Below are positions 1 through 13,490 of a DNA stretch of 64,000 nt, in pieces. The DNA lies in the NCBI RefSeq assembly GCF_006345805.1, contig NC_043003.1, positions 8,060,001 to 8,124,000 on the forward strand, in the 5' to 3' direction. The DNA is from Octopus sinensis (taxonomy: Eukaryota). The translations under genes were made by a program, and so were the position numbers. A model generated the notes under the pieces. It made no database searches. It saw only the letters and a program-made list of their open reading frames with translations, and had not been told where the DNA came from. The first letter of the stretch is position 1, and the number at the start of each line of letters is the position of its first letter.

Positions 1-102
1 TGATGATGATGATGATGATGATGATGATGACGATGATGATGATGACGATGATGATGATGACGATGATGATGATGTTGATGATGATGATGATGATGATGAT
101 GA
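1..102. repeat. (GAT)n microsatellite
   Basis: Near-pure tgatga repeats at the window start. Confidence 0.95.
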
Positions 103-315
103 TCTTTCTACTACAAGCACATGGCCTGAAATTTGAGGGGAAGTGGCTAGTCGATTATATCTACCTCAGTACGTAACTGGTACTTATTTCATCGACTCCG
201 AAAGAATGAAAGGTGAAGTCGACCTCAGCGGAATTTGAACTCAGAACGTAAAGACGGACGAAATGATGCTAAGCATTTGTTCGGCATGTTAATGCTTTTG
301 CTAGCACGCCGCCTT
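103..315 (-). mobile_element. tRNA-derived SINE, family A (head aaggcggcgagctggcag..., tail ...ggccttgtgcctagagtagaaag)
   Basis: B-box-like ctgagttcaaattccgc on the minus strand; same body as copies at 8351-8771, 19715-20098, 31904-32516, 49085-49435 and 61175-61405; flanked by (GAT)n. Confidence 0.8.
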
Positions 316-344
316 GATGATGATGATGATGATGATGATGATAA

Positions 345-689
345 ATGCCCTGATGCAGTACCAGACAGTGGCTCGCGTGGCTTCTGACCATAGCTGATTG
401 GAAATGTTATAATGCACATTGTTTTCTCTTGGTATAAAAGATGGCCTACAGCAAATATTCTGCCCAATACCACAGATTTGCTTGTCAGTTGTTTGACCTT
501 AACCAGTTGAGCATGTCGCTTGGTGGCTGACGACATGTGCACCTCTGATCACGGGCAGAAGTAGTGGAGGAGCATCATAGCCATGTGTCGAGGAGAATTC
601 TTTGGAGAATGAATAATTCACCTTTGGAAAGATGAGTATTTCTTTCAACGTCCTCAAAAACCCTTATTCAGGGAACTTTTGAGCGGGAT
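345..689 (+). mobile_element. 3'-truncated copy of a ~550 bp non-coding interspersed repeat (second copy 25015-25563)
   Basis: Collinear similarity to 25015-25360, starting at the same 5' sequence atgccctgatgcagtacca; both copies sit in trinucleotide (TGA/TAA) arrays. Confidence 0.75.
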
Positions 690-2504
690 TCAATTATTAT
701 GATTATTATTATTATTATTATTATAATGATGATCATGATAATGATGATGATAATGACGATCGTGATGTTGATGGTGATGATGATGATTTCACATTCACGA
801 GTCTAAAATAACATTGTAAGGAGAGAAAAGTCAATAATATGAAACTGTAGTATTTTAGCGATGCGGAAAATCGAAAACCGTTTATCGACGTCAGCTGGAT
901 TTGAAATCACAAAATATAATTACAATCGCAGAAACAGAATAACGCTAAAATGTTTGATTGATGAATTAATAAAACCAGATTTAAAGAAAAAATTATCATC
1001 ATTTATTGTATGCAGATACTTTATAAATATTAAATTTCTGAATAATTATAATCAAAATTTAATAAACAAATTCTTGACAAGTCTGTCATTTATTTTGTTT
1101 AATATTTTTAATCATACTGTCAGCAGTCTTATTCTAATATTTATTTTTACCAATAACACAAAGACAAATATCTATGGGAAGTGGTTAAGTCTATTAAATA
1201 GACGTCACTGCATCATTCCTGCTTATTTTATATGACATGAAAGAATGGAAGCCAACGTCATCCTCAGCGGAAGCTCTTTCTTCTTAAGCGGATATTAACC
1301 TTTGCCATTGTTACTGACCTGCAAATAAACACTGCTAATTTCTAAATGATTCAGAATTTACATTTTCCTTTTAGATATGACATAAATAACAATAGGATTC
1401 ACATCTTGAGAAGAGAATACTGAAGTGGCAAAATGTCACAGATTCTTCAAATATTCTAATGATTTGTCTTAATTATGAAGAATCATTACAACGTTGGTTC
1501 ATAGTTAAATGGCATTTTCCTAGCAGTGAATCAGTGAATCAATACAAAAGCAACGAATACTTTTTAATACCATACAATCACCACCATCACCACCATCCGC
1601 AACATCACCACCATCACCTCTAGGAAATATTCTTGGTAGCTGTAGCTAATTATATTCATAACAGAATTTAAATAATCAATGCTTCCGACTTAGCTAACTT
1701 TTACATCACAGATATCTATAATGCCCGTCTGAGAGGACAAGGAATCCAGTCTGAGCTGCAAAGATTATTATTTACAATAAATTAAGCTGTTTTCCTGGTT
1801 TCCTTGTACAGATCATAGAATTCTCTACTGATGCAACGTTTCCGATTTCGTTGGATTTGGGGTACAATACCAACTAATCGATTGTAATAAAGTGTATTGA
1901 TAAATTTATTTTGACACTTCTTGCGAAATTCTTTGATAAAGAAATAACGATCATCACCCTCATTATAGAGACTAAATTATATAAATATTTTCATTCCTGT
2001 TCAAACATTCTCTTCTTTCCGTGAAGTCAATCAAGCTTTTGTAGTTACTGGCCAATTTTCCTTACATGTAAAGTTTATAATAGAATCTTCGCAACACAGA
2101 AAGAAAATGTCACAAAAATGAGAGCAAGAGTAATTTTTCCCCAGGTGAAGGGAAAAATTGAAAATTAATTAAATACTCGAACACTTTTCAAATTTCGATA
2201 AGAAATGATTAAAAAAAAATGAAGATGACTATAATAATTGAAGAATACCAATAAAATCTTCTCAAAAAACCCCGAAAATTTGTATGAAAAATATTTTAAA
2301 ATCTTACAGGTGTATTCAGTCTTGGTGTACACAAACAAGTATATTAATTAGAGAGGGAAAGATATCTCAGTGTGTGTTGAAGTCATATTCCGTAATATCT
2401 TTCTAAGATAAAGCTTTAAACACTAATTTCGAAGTATTGACTATGTATATAAGTTCCTTCAGGTACACACATTACATCTCCCTCTCTCTCTGTATATATA
2501 AATA

Positions 2505-2543
2505 TATACATGTATATATACATTTATATATATATATATATAT

Positions 2544-2587
<44 letters not shown>

Positions 2588-2695
2588 ATATATATGTATG
2601 TATATATATGCTCTAGTTTAAATCTCTTGTGCAATACTGTGTTCTATATGGAGAATATCTGCCTCTCATCTATATATACATACATACATGCATAC

Positions 2696-2779
<84 letters not shown>

Positions 2780-2800
2780 ACATGTGTGTGTGTGTATATC
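2505..2800. repeat. Compound (TA)n/(TACA)n/(TG)n microsatellite
   Basis: Direct reading; explains the YIYI/VCVC pseudo-ORFs. Confidence 0.95.
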
Positions 2801-3730
2801 AAACGTATTCATATACTTCTGGATTAAAAGGAGAAAAAAAACTTGGGAAATTATATTCTAATTCTCAAGAGTAGCACTAACTCCTAGCTGTGAAATGACT
2901 AAAGCTGGAAATCGAAACCGCATCGCTGGCTTTCCTTGGTCATACTTCACTGCAGATCTGGTTTCTGATAAAAGCAGATTATATGCGAAGCAGCTTCTTG
3001 AAGACCAACATAGAAAATGCATGTGCGTGTGTACGTATGCACGTGTCTTTGGAAATATATGAGCGAGCGTGGATGTAATGCTATACTTTATATTCCTCTA
3101 GTGAATTTCGCTTGAAGTGCCGAGAATATATTGCTCTTATGTCAGTATTTGATAACTGTTTAATGACATTCTACTGACTCGTATTTAAACTGGAAATCAA
3201 TAGTTTTTTTCATTATTAATGCCATTGTGAGTTTTATTATCTCAGAGGTTCTTTTTTTTTTTCAATTTATTGAAATCTATTTCTCTGGAATCCATAAGAC
3301 TTCAGAATCCATCTCCATTTCATTTTCAAGTTATTTCATCAATCACATATAAAAGTGAGAAAATACCAAAAAAATATTCAGAACATTATTCGTATTTCAT
3401 TTCTTAATTTAGATCTGTAAACGCCTCGTGGATTACAATAAGTTTACGAGAATTAGGCCACGTTTTAAAATTCTCTCGTAGCATAATCTTAAGCATAAAC
3501 GGGTGATAACCGATTGGAGAAGTAATTTTAGTGACGGCAGATAGATAATAATATTGAATGTAAAGTAAGATTATAGGATATTCATTGTGTTCTGACAAAA
3601 GTGAAGTGAAATGTTATTATGCTGGAATGAATTTTCGGATTTCGATAAGAATCTTTAATACGTTAATTAAAATCCAGATTTTGCATTCAGCGCGGAGAAT
3701 CTGTGCAGAGAAGCACGTCACTTCACTCAT

Positions 3731-4125
3731 TTAGGTTTTTTTAGTCATTAGACTGCGGCCATGCTGGGGCACCGCCTTGAAGATGTTTAGTCGGACGAAT
3801 AGATCCCGGTACTTTCTAAAATCCTGGTACTTATTCTATCGGTCTCTATTGCCGAACCGCTAGAACATAGGGAGGTAAACACATTACCTTCGGTTGTCAG
3901 GGGGTGGTACGAGACACAGAGAGACTCAAACACACACACATACACACACACATATGTATATAGGTGAGTGTATGACGGGTTAGTTTCAGTTTCCGTCTAC
4001 CAAATCGACTAGTAAAGCAGTGGTCGGCTCTATCATATAATACACGTCACTTGCTCAAGGTACCAAACAGTGTGACTGAACGTGGAATCATGTTGTCGGA
4101 AGCAATCTTCTTCCTACACAGCCAC
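3731..4125 (-). mobile_element. SINE family C (tRNA head, CORE-like ccttgggcaag motif, internal microsatellite, cagtcaaatgactg tail), degenerate
   Basis: Collinear with the intact copy at 4874-5302. Confidence 0.75.
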
Positions 4126-4873
4126 GTCAGCAGAAAAAAGAACTAAAATTATGTAAATTTAGACAGAAGTTCGAGAAAAAAGGTCTGAGAAAAATTACAG
4201 AATTCTTAATTAATACAAATAGTACAAGAGAAATCTAAAAAAGAATACGTATATAAAAATATATTCTTTTATATATTTAATCGTCGTTGTGAGGGGATTG
4301 TGTAAAACTATCCGTTTCTAGTTCTAGTAAAATACCTGGTATCTTAGGCAAGTATCTTCGAACATATCTATAAGTCAGCTCCATGAATGCCTTTTGCAAG
4401 TAAATTAAGAGAAACGGGATCCACTGCCGTGTAATTGTGCACAGGCGTAGGACTTTTCTAGAAAGAATGTAATTTAGAATAATCCAGTTTCAATTATATA
4501 AATTTAGTCAGATTATCTCGAGAAAAATCTTGTGCAAGGACACAATACCTTAAATCCCATTTGTGTCCCTAAACTAGAAACTTTTACATAAGTATTACCA
4601 GAATTAGAATCCCGATGAATACACTCACGCAATATCTGCGGTATAAAATGAACAAAACCCAACAAAACCAAGAAATCAAGAAGCCCTTTAACAAGGACAA
4701 GATGTGCATCGAACATATATTTCCTTCATCAGTTGCCTATCGGCTGTTAGTGTGGTTTCGACACCTCGACAGTACAACTCTATCTAGCAGTTTCAACAGC
4801 ATTAATAGCATAAACGATGCCTGGGAAATAAATGGACAAGAAGCAGAAGAGAAGCATCAGAGCAATTTGCCCA

Positions 4874-5302
4874 TTACTCTCTTTTACTCTCTTTACTCTT
4901 TTACTCTTTTACTTGTTTCAGTCATTTGACTGTGGCCATGCTGGAGCACCGCCTTTAGTCGAGCAAATCGACCCCGGGATTATTCTTTGTAAGCCTGGTA
5001 CTTATTCTATCGGTCTCTTTTGCCGAACCGCTAAGTGACGGGGACGTAAACACACCAGCATCGGTTGTCAAGCAATGCTAGGGGGACAAACACAGACACA
5101 CAAAACCACACACACACAACATATATATATATACATATATACGACAGGCTTCTTTCAGTTTCCGTCTCCACCAATCCACACACAAGGCATTGGTCGGCCC
5201 GGGGCTATAGCAGAAGACACTTGCCCAAGATGCCACACAGTGGGACTGAACCCGGAACCATGTGGTTGGTAAGCAAGCTACTTACCACACAGCCACTCCT
5301 GC
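4874..5302 (-). mobile_element. SINE family C, near-intact
   Basis: Head ggagtggctgtgtggtaag...gttccgggttcagtccc, internal (TA)/(TG) tract, hairpin cagtca-aa-tgactg and (AAAAGAGT)n tail; about 15 further copies or halves in the window. Confidence 0.85.
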
Positions 5303-5729
5303 TTATTGTTACAACTACAAATATGAAATGGAAAACATAAACCACTTCAGACCTTTAGCTACGAAGCACTGGAATTAAAATTACTACAAATGAAGCGTGG
5401 AAATATCTTCAAAAGGAAAATTGCTGCCTCAAGAATTATGGAACCTAAAACGAACTTTACGCAAAGCACAAAAATAATTGAACTTGGTGGAGAACACATG
5501 TTACCAATACATAAAATGGAACATAATAATAACCTAAGGAACAACTTAACTAGAACTTCAAACATAGAGAATAATTAAAGAACATAAACCAATAGACATT
5601 GCTACTCCACAATCTACGACTTGCATTTCAAACGTGAAAATATAATTAAATCGAACAGAAACGAGCAGAATGACATATCTTATCACTTATCAGTTTAACT
5701 ATCACGCTCCAATCTTCCTAAAACATACT

Positions 5730-5962
5730 TATTTATGTGTGTATGTGCGTGTATGTATATATATGTATATATATATATATATATATCTGTGTGTGTGTGT
5801 GTGTAATTATAAATATATGTGTGTGAATATATATGTGTATATAAACATATACCAGTATATACTTATGTATATATTTATTATGATATATATATATATATAT
5901 ATAATATATGTAAGTATGTATATATATATATGTATGTATATATGATATATGTATTATATATA

Positions 5963-6007
<45 letters not shown>

Positions 6008-6155
6008 TATAAATATATGTATACATATATATATAGATAGATATGTATATATAAAAATATGCCAGTATATATACACGCATATATATATGTGAATAGATAT
6101 GTAAATATAAATATGTTATATGTATATATATATAAACATTATACCAGTATATATT

Positions 6156-6197
<42 letters not shown>

Positions 6198-6263
6198 CAA
6201 ATTTACATATTATATATATATATATATAATATATATATATATAATATATATATTATGCAAATT

Positions 6264-6297
<34 letters not shown>
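5730..6297. repeat. Degenerate (TA)n-rich microsatellite block
   Basis: Direct reading. Confidence 0.9.
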
Positions 6298-6299
<2 letters not shown>

Positions 6300-7294
6300 T
6301 CAGAATGCATGCCATTGAGTGTGAATGTGGGTGAAGAGGAGCAGCGGCACTGTACTGTTCATATTTTATTTCTTGCTCACTTTTATTAACCCCGTATAAA
6401 CGGTAGACAGGTAAGGCCTGTGATCAAAGGTATTTTATCAGTAAAGGTCATTTATGGTCTTCAAATATATTTTGAAGACTACATTATCCAACATGTCACT
6501 TCAGATAAGTGAACTTTATGATTTCAGGGAGATTTAGTTGCTATTTCTAGAAAATTTTACGACGTCGCATTAGCGTGTTGAACTAATAATTCTTGGTGGT
6601 TACACATCATAATTCGCTGTATAAATATAACAAAATGTAGCGTTGTCAGCAATTAGTTACATGCCGCATCGAAATCAATAATTAAATGTCCTTTAATACA
6701 GTGATTATATTGCCTTTATTATTTCTGTTTTTACCCGTTCAAAATAATCATAAAATATGGGAAATAATATGATGTTTATCATAGACTTCAATAATGGATA
6801 CTACAAACAGTAAAAAAAAAAACGCGAAAAACAAAAGAACATTCGCAAATTATTATAAAATTTTCGATTCTTCAAAGTTATCATCTTTGATCTTGTGAGG
6901 CTGCACATTGTGTTAGCTATTTCGAAAACCATCAATCAAAAAGCATAGTACCACTGATGAAAGAATTCCCATAAGTGATGAATAAATTTGGTTGACTTGC
7001 CTCTTATTTCTTGATCTTCATCAAAACCACTTTAATGAGATTTAAATAGGATAGTCGATTAATATTAACCATATTGTGAATTGTGTGTGGCTTCCAAATG
7101 CGTTATGTTCATTAAACATTTCCCTTCATTATGCTAAGTTAAGTGCAAAATATTTTCTTAGTCATTACTTTACCACTATTTAGAGATAACCAATGAAGCT
7201 TATAAATGGTCGAGGAGGTCTAATAACACGAAAACTATCGTACTGTTGCTGTCTCCCCTACTTGTCAGTACATTTTTTGTCACTGAATAATTTT

Positions 7295-7557
7295 TACACT
7301 ACGCGTTGTGTCCTTGAGCAAGATAGTTTATATCATGTTGTTCCAGTTCACTCAGCTGGCAACAAGGAGTAGTAATTGTATTTCAAAGGGCCAGCCTTGT
7401 TACATTCTCTCTCACGCTGAATCCCTCTGAAAACTACGTCAAGTGTACACGTGCCTGTAGAGTTCTCAACCATTTTTACGAACAATTTCACGAGCAGGCT
7501 CTTCTATTGATCGGGTCAACTGGAACCCTCATCGTCGTAACCGACGGAGTACCAGTA
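7295..7557 (+). mobile_element. SINE family D (gtgtccttgagcaag...ctggaaccctcgtcgtcgtaaccgacgg), head missing
   Basis: Collinear with 19072-19405, 27225-27520 and 32535-32845. Confidence 0.7.
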
Positions 7558-8243
7558 GTAAAACTTCCTTTTTTCTGTAGTTTCAGCTCAGAGCTGCGGC
7601 CATGCTGGTGCACCGCCGTTGATATATTAATACTATTTTCACCGCGTTGATATGTCAATAGTATTTTCACAGCAGCCATTTTACAATCTTTAAACAACAC
7701 CGTACTTTTTGAAAAACTTGTATTTCAGCTAAACTGTCCAACTGAAAATATTAAATGCCTATTAAAAACCAATCCGAATGGCATTTTAACTCCAAGTGCA
7801 GTAGAGGTTTCTCTCACTTCAGCATAAATCTCTGACGTCATCATGCCCAAACGCCATACACCGCATACCGATTTCTGTCTGCCCCAGCAGGAAGTTTCTA
7901 TGGGCCGTGAAATTTGGTTGGACGTTTTCTTCACATGAATCACTTTTTTGATATTTTGATAATTTTAAGAATATTATAACTCGTAAATGACGGAAAATTT
8001 TAAAGTTTTATTGATGTTTGTTTTATAAAGAAATGATAATTTTTTTCTTGTTGTTTTACGAACCGGCAGAAATAATAGTTTTCTGCGTCATTAGTTTTAA
8101 TAACAACCCCACCAAGGAGAGATTCACTGATATCTTAATGTTCACTACTTCTTTTGGCAGGTAATCTAAGATGAAAAAAATAAGTCTCTTTTAATACATA
8201 AAAAGGAATATGAAGGTCGTTAACCTCAGGGGATAGAAACGTT

Positions 8244-8355
8244 CATTATTTACATTATTTACATTTGACGGATATTTGTCCACATCTTGTTTGTTGTTAA
8301 CACAAAAAGAAACTGATATATCCGCCAGACTTCATCAGGTGTCTTGGGGAAATTT
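8244..8355 (-). mobile_element. Penelope-like pLTR fragment (family 6) with decayed hammerhead
   Basis: Matches 62490-62603; retains gacacCTGATGAa but the GAAAC strand is replaced by tttctttt. Confidence 0.6.
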
Positions 8356-8771
8356 TGGGGAGGTGGGGGCCAGTCGATTAGATCGACTCCAATAGGTGAC
8401 TGATATTTAATTTATCGACCCCGAAAGGATTAAAGGCAAAGTCGATCTCGGCGGAATTTGAACTCAGAACGTGAGACAGACGAAATACCAAGCGTGATAA
8501 CGTTTCTTATTTCTTTATTGCCCACAAGGGGTTAAACATAGAGAGGGCAAACAAGGACAGACAAACGGATTAAGTCGATTAGATCGACTCGACTACGCAG
8601 CTGGTACTTAATCTATCGACTCCGAAAGAATGAAAGGAAAAGTCGACCTCGGCAGAATTTGAACTCAGAACGTAGTGGCAGACGAAATACCTATTTCTTT
8701 ACTACCCACAAGACGAAATACCGCTAAGCATTTCGCCTGGCGTGCTAACGATTCTGGCAGCTCGCCGCCTT
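8351..8771 (-). mobile_element. Composite SINE A/B array (head + 20-nt B tail + B unit + A-type unit)
   Basis: Repeated body with B tail cttgtgggtagtaaagaaata; 11-bp duplication gacgaaatacc at 8681-8691 and 8712-8722. Confidence 0.8.
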
Positions 8772-9025
8772 AACGTAGTAAATACATTTCCAATAAAAAC
8801 AAAAAGGAATGGAATTCGAATTAGGAAGATTATTGATATGGCGTTATACCTCTCAGATTTCTATAGTGCTTCTTATATGAGGAAAGAACAGGAAAATAAT
8901 CGAAATATAATTGGTGAATGCAACAAAAATGCCGTTGCGTGTCACTACAGTGGACAGTTTCAATTGAATTAGAATACTAACTCGTATAGGGAAAGTGTTT
9001 TACTAGTTTCTAAATTTTTTAATTT

Positions 9026-9404
9026 AGGCGTAGGAGTCGCTGTGTGGTAAGTAGCTTGTTTACCAACCACAAGGTTCAGTCCCACTGCATAGCACCTTGG
9101 GCAAGTGTCTTCTACTATAGCCTCGGGTCGATCAAAGCCTTGTGAGTGGATTTGGTAGACGGAAACTAAAAGAAGGCCGTCGTATATGTGTGTGTGTGAG
9201 TATCTGTGTTCCCCCACCCAACATCGCTTGACAACCGATGCTGGTGTGGTTACGTCCCCGTAACTTAGCCGTTCGGCAAAAGGGCCTGATAGAATAAGTA
9301 CTAGGCTTACAAAGAATAAGTCCTGAGGTCGATTTGTTCGACTAAAGACGGTGCTCCAGCATGGCCACAGTCAAATGACTGATACGACTAAAAGAGTTAA
9401 AGAG
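9026..9404 (+). mobile_element. SINE family C, near full length
   Basis: Collinear with the reverse complement of 4874-5302. Confidence 0.85.
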
Positions 9405-10712
9405 TATATATCCGAATTCGGGATCTCTCATGTAAGTGATGATTTCAATCGAACAATGTAATTTTAAAGTTATAATTTTAATGCTTTAAGCTAGGAGTTA
9501 CAACCTAGCTTTGAGCTGCAGACAAATTTCTAGTATCTAATCAGAAATGATTAGTTTAAAATTCTTCCTTCGCTTATCTCCTGCCTGCAATCATTCGTAT
9601 GCTAGTACAAATAAATATCTAATGATTAAATAATGAAGCAATCAGAACTGGCTAACACACACAAACTAAATGCAGAGTGGATAAATATGTGTTATTCTTA
9701 AAAACTGAAGTTTAAAAGAAATATAGTGAGGAAGTATTCTGGACTAGGCAGCTTGGAATCTAGTTGGTTTAGGATTAGTTTCAGTAACGATTCTTGCATT
9801 AACATTCTGGTCATTTAGCTACAATTGATAGCAAATAAGCTGTCTTACAAATGCGGATTTGTTTTGAAGGCAAGCTGTCGTGTTATAATGAACCTGCCCA
9901 GTTCAGTATTCCGATAGCGTATCTGAGTAGGATAACGTTTCCTGATCTTCAAAAATAAAGTATATTCAGTAATTTAGAAATCGAATACCAGCAATTTATT
10001 TTAGAACGATTTGAAAATATGTAGTATGGTTACTGTGCAGAATAAATTATTAGATACTTTAAGTTTAGCAATTGTTTCACATGTAACAAACGACTAAAGA
10101 TATTAAAGGAAGGAAAAACATGGTTCCTTTTTGTGTTACCAGATGTGTACTCACAGATTCTTGTGCTGGGTAAACATCTGAATGGGCTAAATGTTGGTTT
10201 CAGGTTGGTACAAGGTTTAGCGGTTTCACTCCATCAGTAACTGTTCAGTTGTTATACACAAAACCTTTTTTAACAATTATAAAGATATTAAGACGGTGCT
10301 CCAGCATGACCTCAGTCAAATGACTGAAACAAGTAAAAGAATAAGAGAATAGAAACATGTTTTGTGTGTGTGGTGTGTGTAAACGTATAAATATGTATTT
10401 ACAACAATGAGTTCGTTTTCTCCTTCTATCTCCTTCAATATTATTTTACCATTTATAGCATCGCTTCGACCGTATCACTTTCTCACCTGGAACATTTAGT
10501 GACAAGTAAACCACCAAACTTCTTATTCCCGTCGATCACTTCCTTTCTATCCTCTTTTTTTGCTCAGTAGAGATACGACTAATTTTCATTTCTTTGATGA
10601 TGGATTTTGTCCAAAAGTCTAGGATATCAACTCAAGTAATATGAAATTCCAACAGTGTTTTCAGAGTTTAAATAGAATTTCCAACAGAATATGTAGAACG
10701 CTAAATCCTTAT

Positions 10713-10716
<4 letters not shown>

Positions 10717-10779
<63 letters not shown>

Positions 10780-10864
10780 CGCACACACACACACACCACA
10801 CACCAACGCACGCACGAACACCCACACACACACACACGCACGCACACACACACACACACACCAC

Positions 10865-10895
<31 letters not shown>

Positions 10896-10909
10896 CACAC
10901 ACACACACC
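10717..10909. repeat. (CA)n microsatellite
   Basis: Direct reading. Confidence 0.95.
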
Positions 10910-10925
10910 ATATATTATATATATA

Positions 10926-11138
10926 CAGAGTGTCCCAAAAGTAGGTTTATAGTTATCACGTAGGCATTTTACATTTCTTTTAAACATTTTTATTACATCC
11001 GAATTTCTATTTTACAATTAACTAAATTAGCATAGAATAATGGTTGCATATATTTTTTTATAATTAAGATCTAATTGTTAATATATGAATGCTAAAGAGA
11101 TAGTTGAATTGTTGTAAACCTGCTTTTGGGCCACCCTG
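10926..11138. mobile_element. Tc1/mariner-type MITE (213 bp)
   Basis: 24-bp TIRs cagagtgtcccaaaagtaggttta / taaacctgcttttgggccaccctg with 3 mismatches; TA on the left flank; AT-rich non-coding interior. Confidence 0.75.
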
Positions 11139-11172
11139 AATATATATATATAATAATTATATATATATATAT

Positions 11173-11975
11173 TGTATAGAGGGCATTATTACACATAATG
11201 CCTCACACTAGGAGGGACAAAGTCATTAACTACCAAATTATACTAATCATACCCAAATGCAGTTTTTCAAAGCAAGACATTTAAAAAAAATATTTAGTTC
11301 TGTATCACCGTGATTTCACATTCAACTTACGTCTAATGATCGTCAGCAGAACTGATTCTGAACACATCATAAATAAACTACCACCTTACGTAGCGAAGGC
11401 AACAGACAACTGCTCACTCCGGCCAAGCACATGGAATGTTTATAAATCATATACCGGTAAATGGCGGGCTTTTACGAACTGCATGTCGGGTAATGAAAAG
11501 TATTTCGGAATAAGTTTAACAATTAAGGATAATCTCTTAATAAGGGATCTTAACAAGAAATTATCGGGCAGCTAGCGTGAAAACCTCATAAAAGAAAAGA
11601 ATTCGAAATAATTTTTTTCTTTTGAACAAATTAATTATATCATATGTATAGAGGGCATTATTACACATAAATGCCTCACACTCATTAGACGTAATTGAAT
11701 GTGAAATCACGGTGATACAGAACTAAATTCATTTTTTTAAATGTCTTGCTTTGAAAAACTGCATTTGGGTATGATTAGTATAATTTTGGTAGTAATGACT
11801 TTGTCCCTCCTAGTGTGAGGCATTTATGTGTAATAATGCCCTCTATACAATATAGATATAATTAATTTGTTCAAAAGAAAAAATTATTTTCGAATTCTTT
11901 TCTTTTATGAGGTTTTCACGCTAGCTACCCGATAATTTCTTGTTAAGATCCCTTATTAAGAGATTATCCTTAATT
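11173..11975. mobile_element. Hammerhead-bearing non-coding element (family 1): 472-bp-period unit on the minus strand plus an inverted, circularly permuted partial copy, within (TA)n
   Basis: 11645-11682 repeats 11173-11210; 11682-11849 is the reverse complement of 11173-11340; 11856-11975 is the reverse complement of 11521-11640; (TA)n on both flanks. Confidence 0.75.
11297..11352 (-). ncRNA. Type I hammerhead ribozyme motif
   Basis: Minus strand: stem I GUUCUG/CAGAAC (6 bp), core CUGACGA, stem II CAUU/AAUG flanked by a U-U mismatch, GAAA, stem III AUCA-CGG-UGAU, cleavage triplet AUA. Confidence 0.75.
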
Positions 11976-11977
11976 TT

Positions 11978-12009
<32 letters not shown>

Positions 12010-12012
<3 letters not shown>

Positions 12013-12198
12013 GGCCATTTTTGCGATGTTCGGATAACTGAAGAGATGGCGGCGTGGATTTCCACCTCGGCATCCGAAACTCGGAGTTTTATCATGGCTA
12101 CCGAATTATTGCCACATATTACATTTGCAGATAAATTCATTTATTTACATAATATCGAGGTCTCTTTCTTTCTTTTGCTGTCTTACCATTTTATCAAT
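12010..12198 (+). mobile_element. Hammerhead-bearing Penelope-like pLTR fragment (family 2) between (TA)n arrays
   Basis: About 190 bp flanked by (TA)n at 11981-12009 and 12199-12215; contains the HHR fold. Confidence 0.6.
12033..12093 (+). ncRNA. Type I hammerhead ribozyme motif (slightly decayed stem II)
   Basis: Stem I GAUAA/UUAUC, core CUGAAGA, long stem II gatg..gtgga-tt-tccac..catc, GAAA, stem III ACU-CGG-AGU, triplet GUU. Confidence 0.7.
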
Positions 12199-12217
12199 AT
12201 ATATATATATATATAAG

Positions 12218-13490
12218 TTAGGTTGTCCTGAAATTTCTGAGTGTTTTTAATATGTAAAAGGGGATATATATAATTGACTTAGTGATGCATTTTGTTCAAT
12301 GACATCATTTCCATTTTTATTAATGACCTTTACTCATCAATCAGGCAATTTAAATATTCCATCAGCATGAAATTTGACTGCTTTTGAAGCGAAGAATTAT
12401 CTAGATTCATTTTAACTCCATCTTAATCGTTAAATGTTTTTCTTGCAATGAGTTCTGTAGAGACCAAAACAAATGGTCGTCGACTGGCGCAATATCAGAA
12501 GAATATGGTGGGTGGGATAAGAGATCCCAGTCAAGTTCATGTAACTTTGTTTGGGTAGCCAAAGACACGTGTGGTCAAGCATTGTTTTGATAGAGCACTA
12601 CCCCTTTCGAGTTGGGAATCTCCGGCCTCAATCTTTTGAAGCTAACGACAGTAAACATTAGTTTTTGTGGGAGAAGCTCATAAATATCGTGATGATTCAA
12701 CGCAGCCTTGGCTTTGTTGCCTCATTTATTTTAACATATACATGTTCATACAAGACCTGTATATCTTTTGGTACAGATATTCGGCTGTGGCTGCTGTTTT
12801 AGGGATCCTTAGGCAAATTCCAGGATCTTTTTCGCACTACGTCTTCGTACACAATCCAATTTTCATCTCTAGTCACAAGTTGTTTGAAAATAGTAATCTT
12901 TCATTCCGTTTCAAAAGCATATCTTAAACGGAATACCAGTCTAAGGAATTCTTTCCTGAGAGTTTGTGAGGGATCCATTCTTTACAGCGAGAACTGTACC
13001 CAAATTTCACTAGGTGTTCATGAGCCATAGTTTGAGGAACTTCCAACTCCTGTGCAAGTTCTGATATTTGAGTTTTCTTCGATTTTTGCCTTCCAAACAT
13101 CTTCATCCAATTTTGAAGGTCTTCCATTGCTTCTGTCATCTTCCGAGCTAAACCCTCCAGTTTTAAATTTTGCAAACCACCTTCGAACAGTTGATTCACC
13201 TACAGCATCATCACCATAAGCTTCACAAATATTTTTTGCAAGTTTTTGCAGCATTTTCTCCTTTAAAAAAAAAAGGAAATCATTACAACGCGAATATGAA
13301 TTTTTTCTTATCCATTTCAAATGTCAATAAAGGGTAATCGGAATAAAAGATAAATGTTTTTAGTCAGGAAAAGAGAAGAGATGCACTCCCAATTCAAGCA
13401 ATGCCAAAGTTTTAACTGTGTTACCTTTCAAGAGTTTTCATTGAAGTGCTAAACAGTCTACATTAAAAACGCTCAGAACTTTCCGCACCG

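Noticed and set aside
2405-2470. HHR-like motif on the minus strand (CTGAAGG...ttcGAAAT)
   Set aside because: Core A9 is wrong, there is no stem I pairing and no valid stem III or cleavage triplet.
4700-4745. Minus-strand CTGATGA followed by ggaa..ttc
   Set aside because: No GAAA and no closing stem I.
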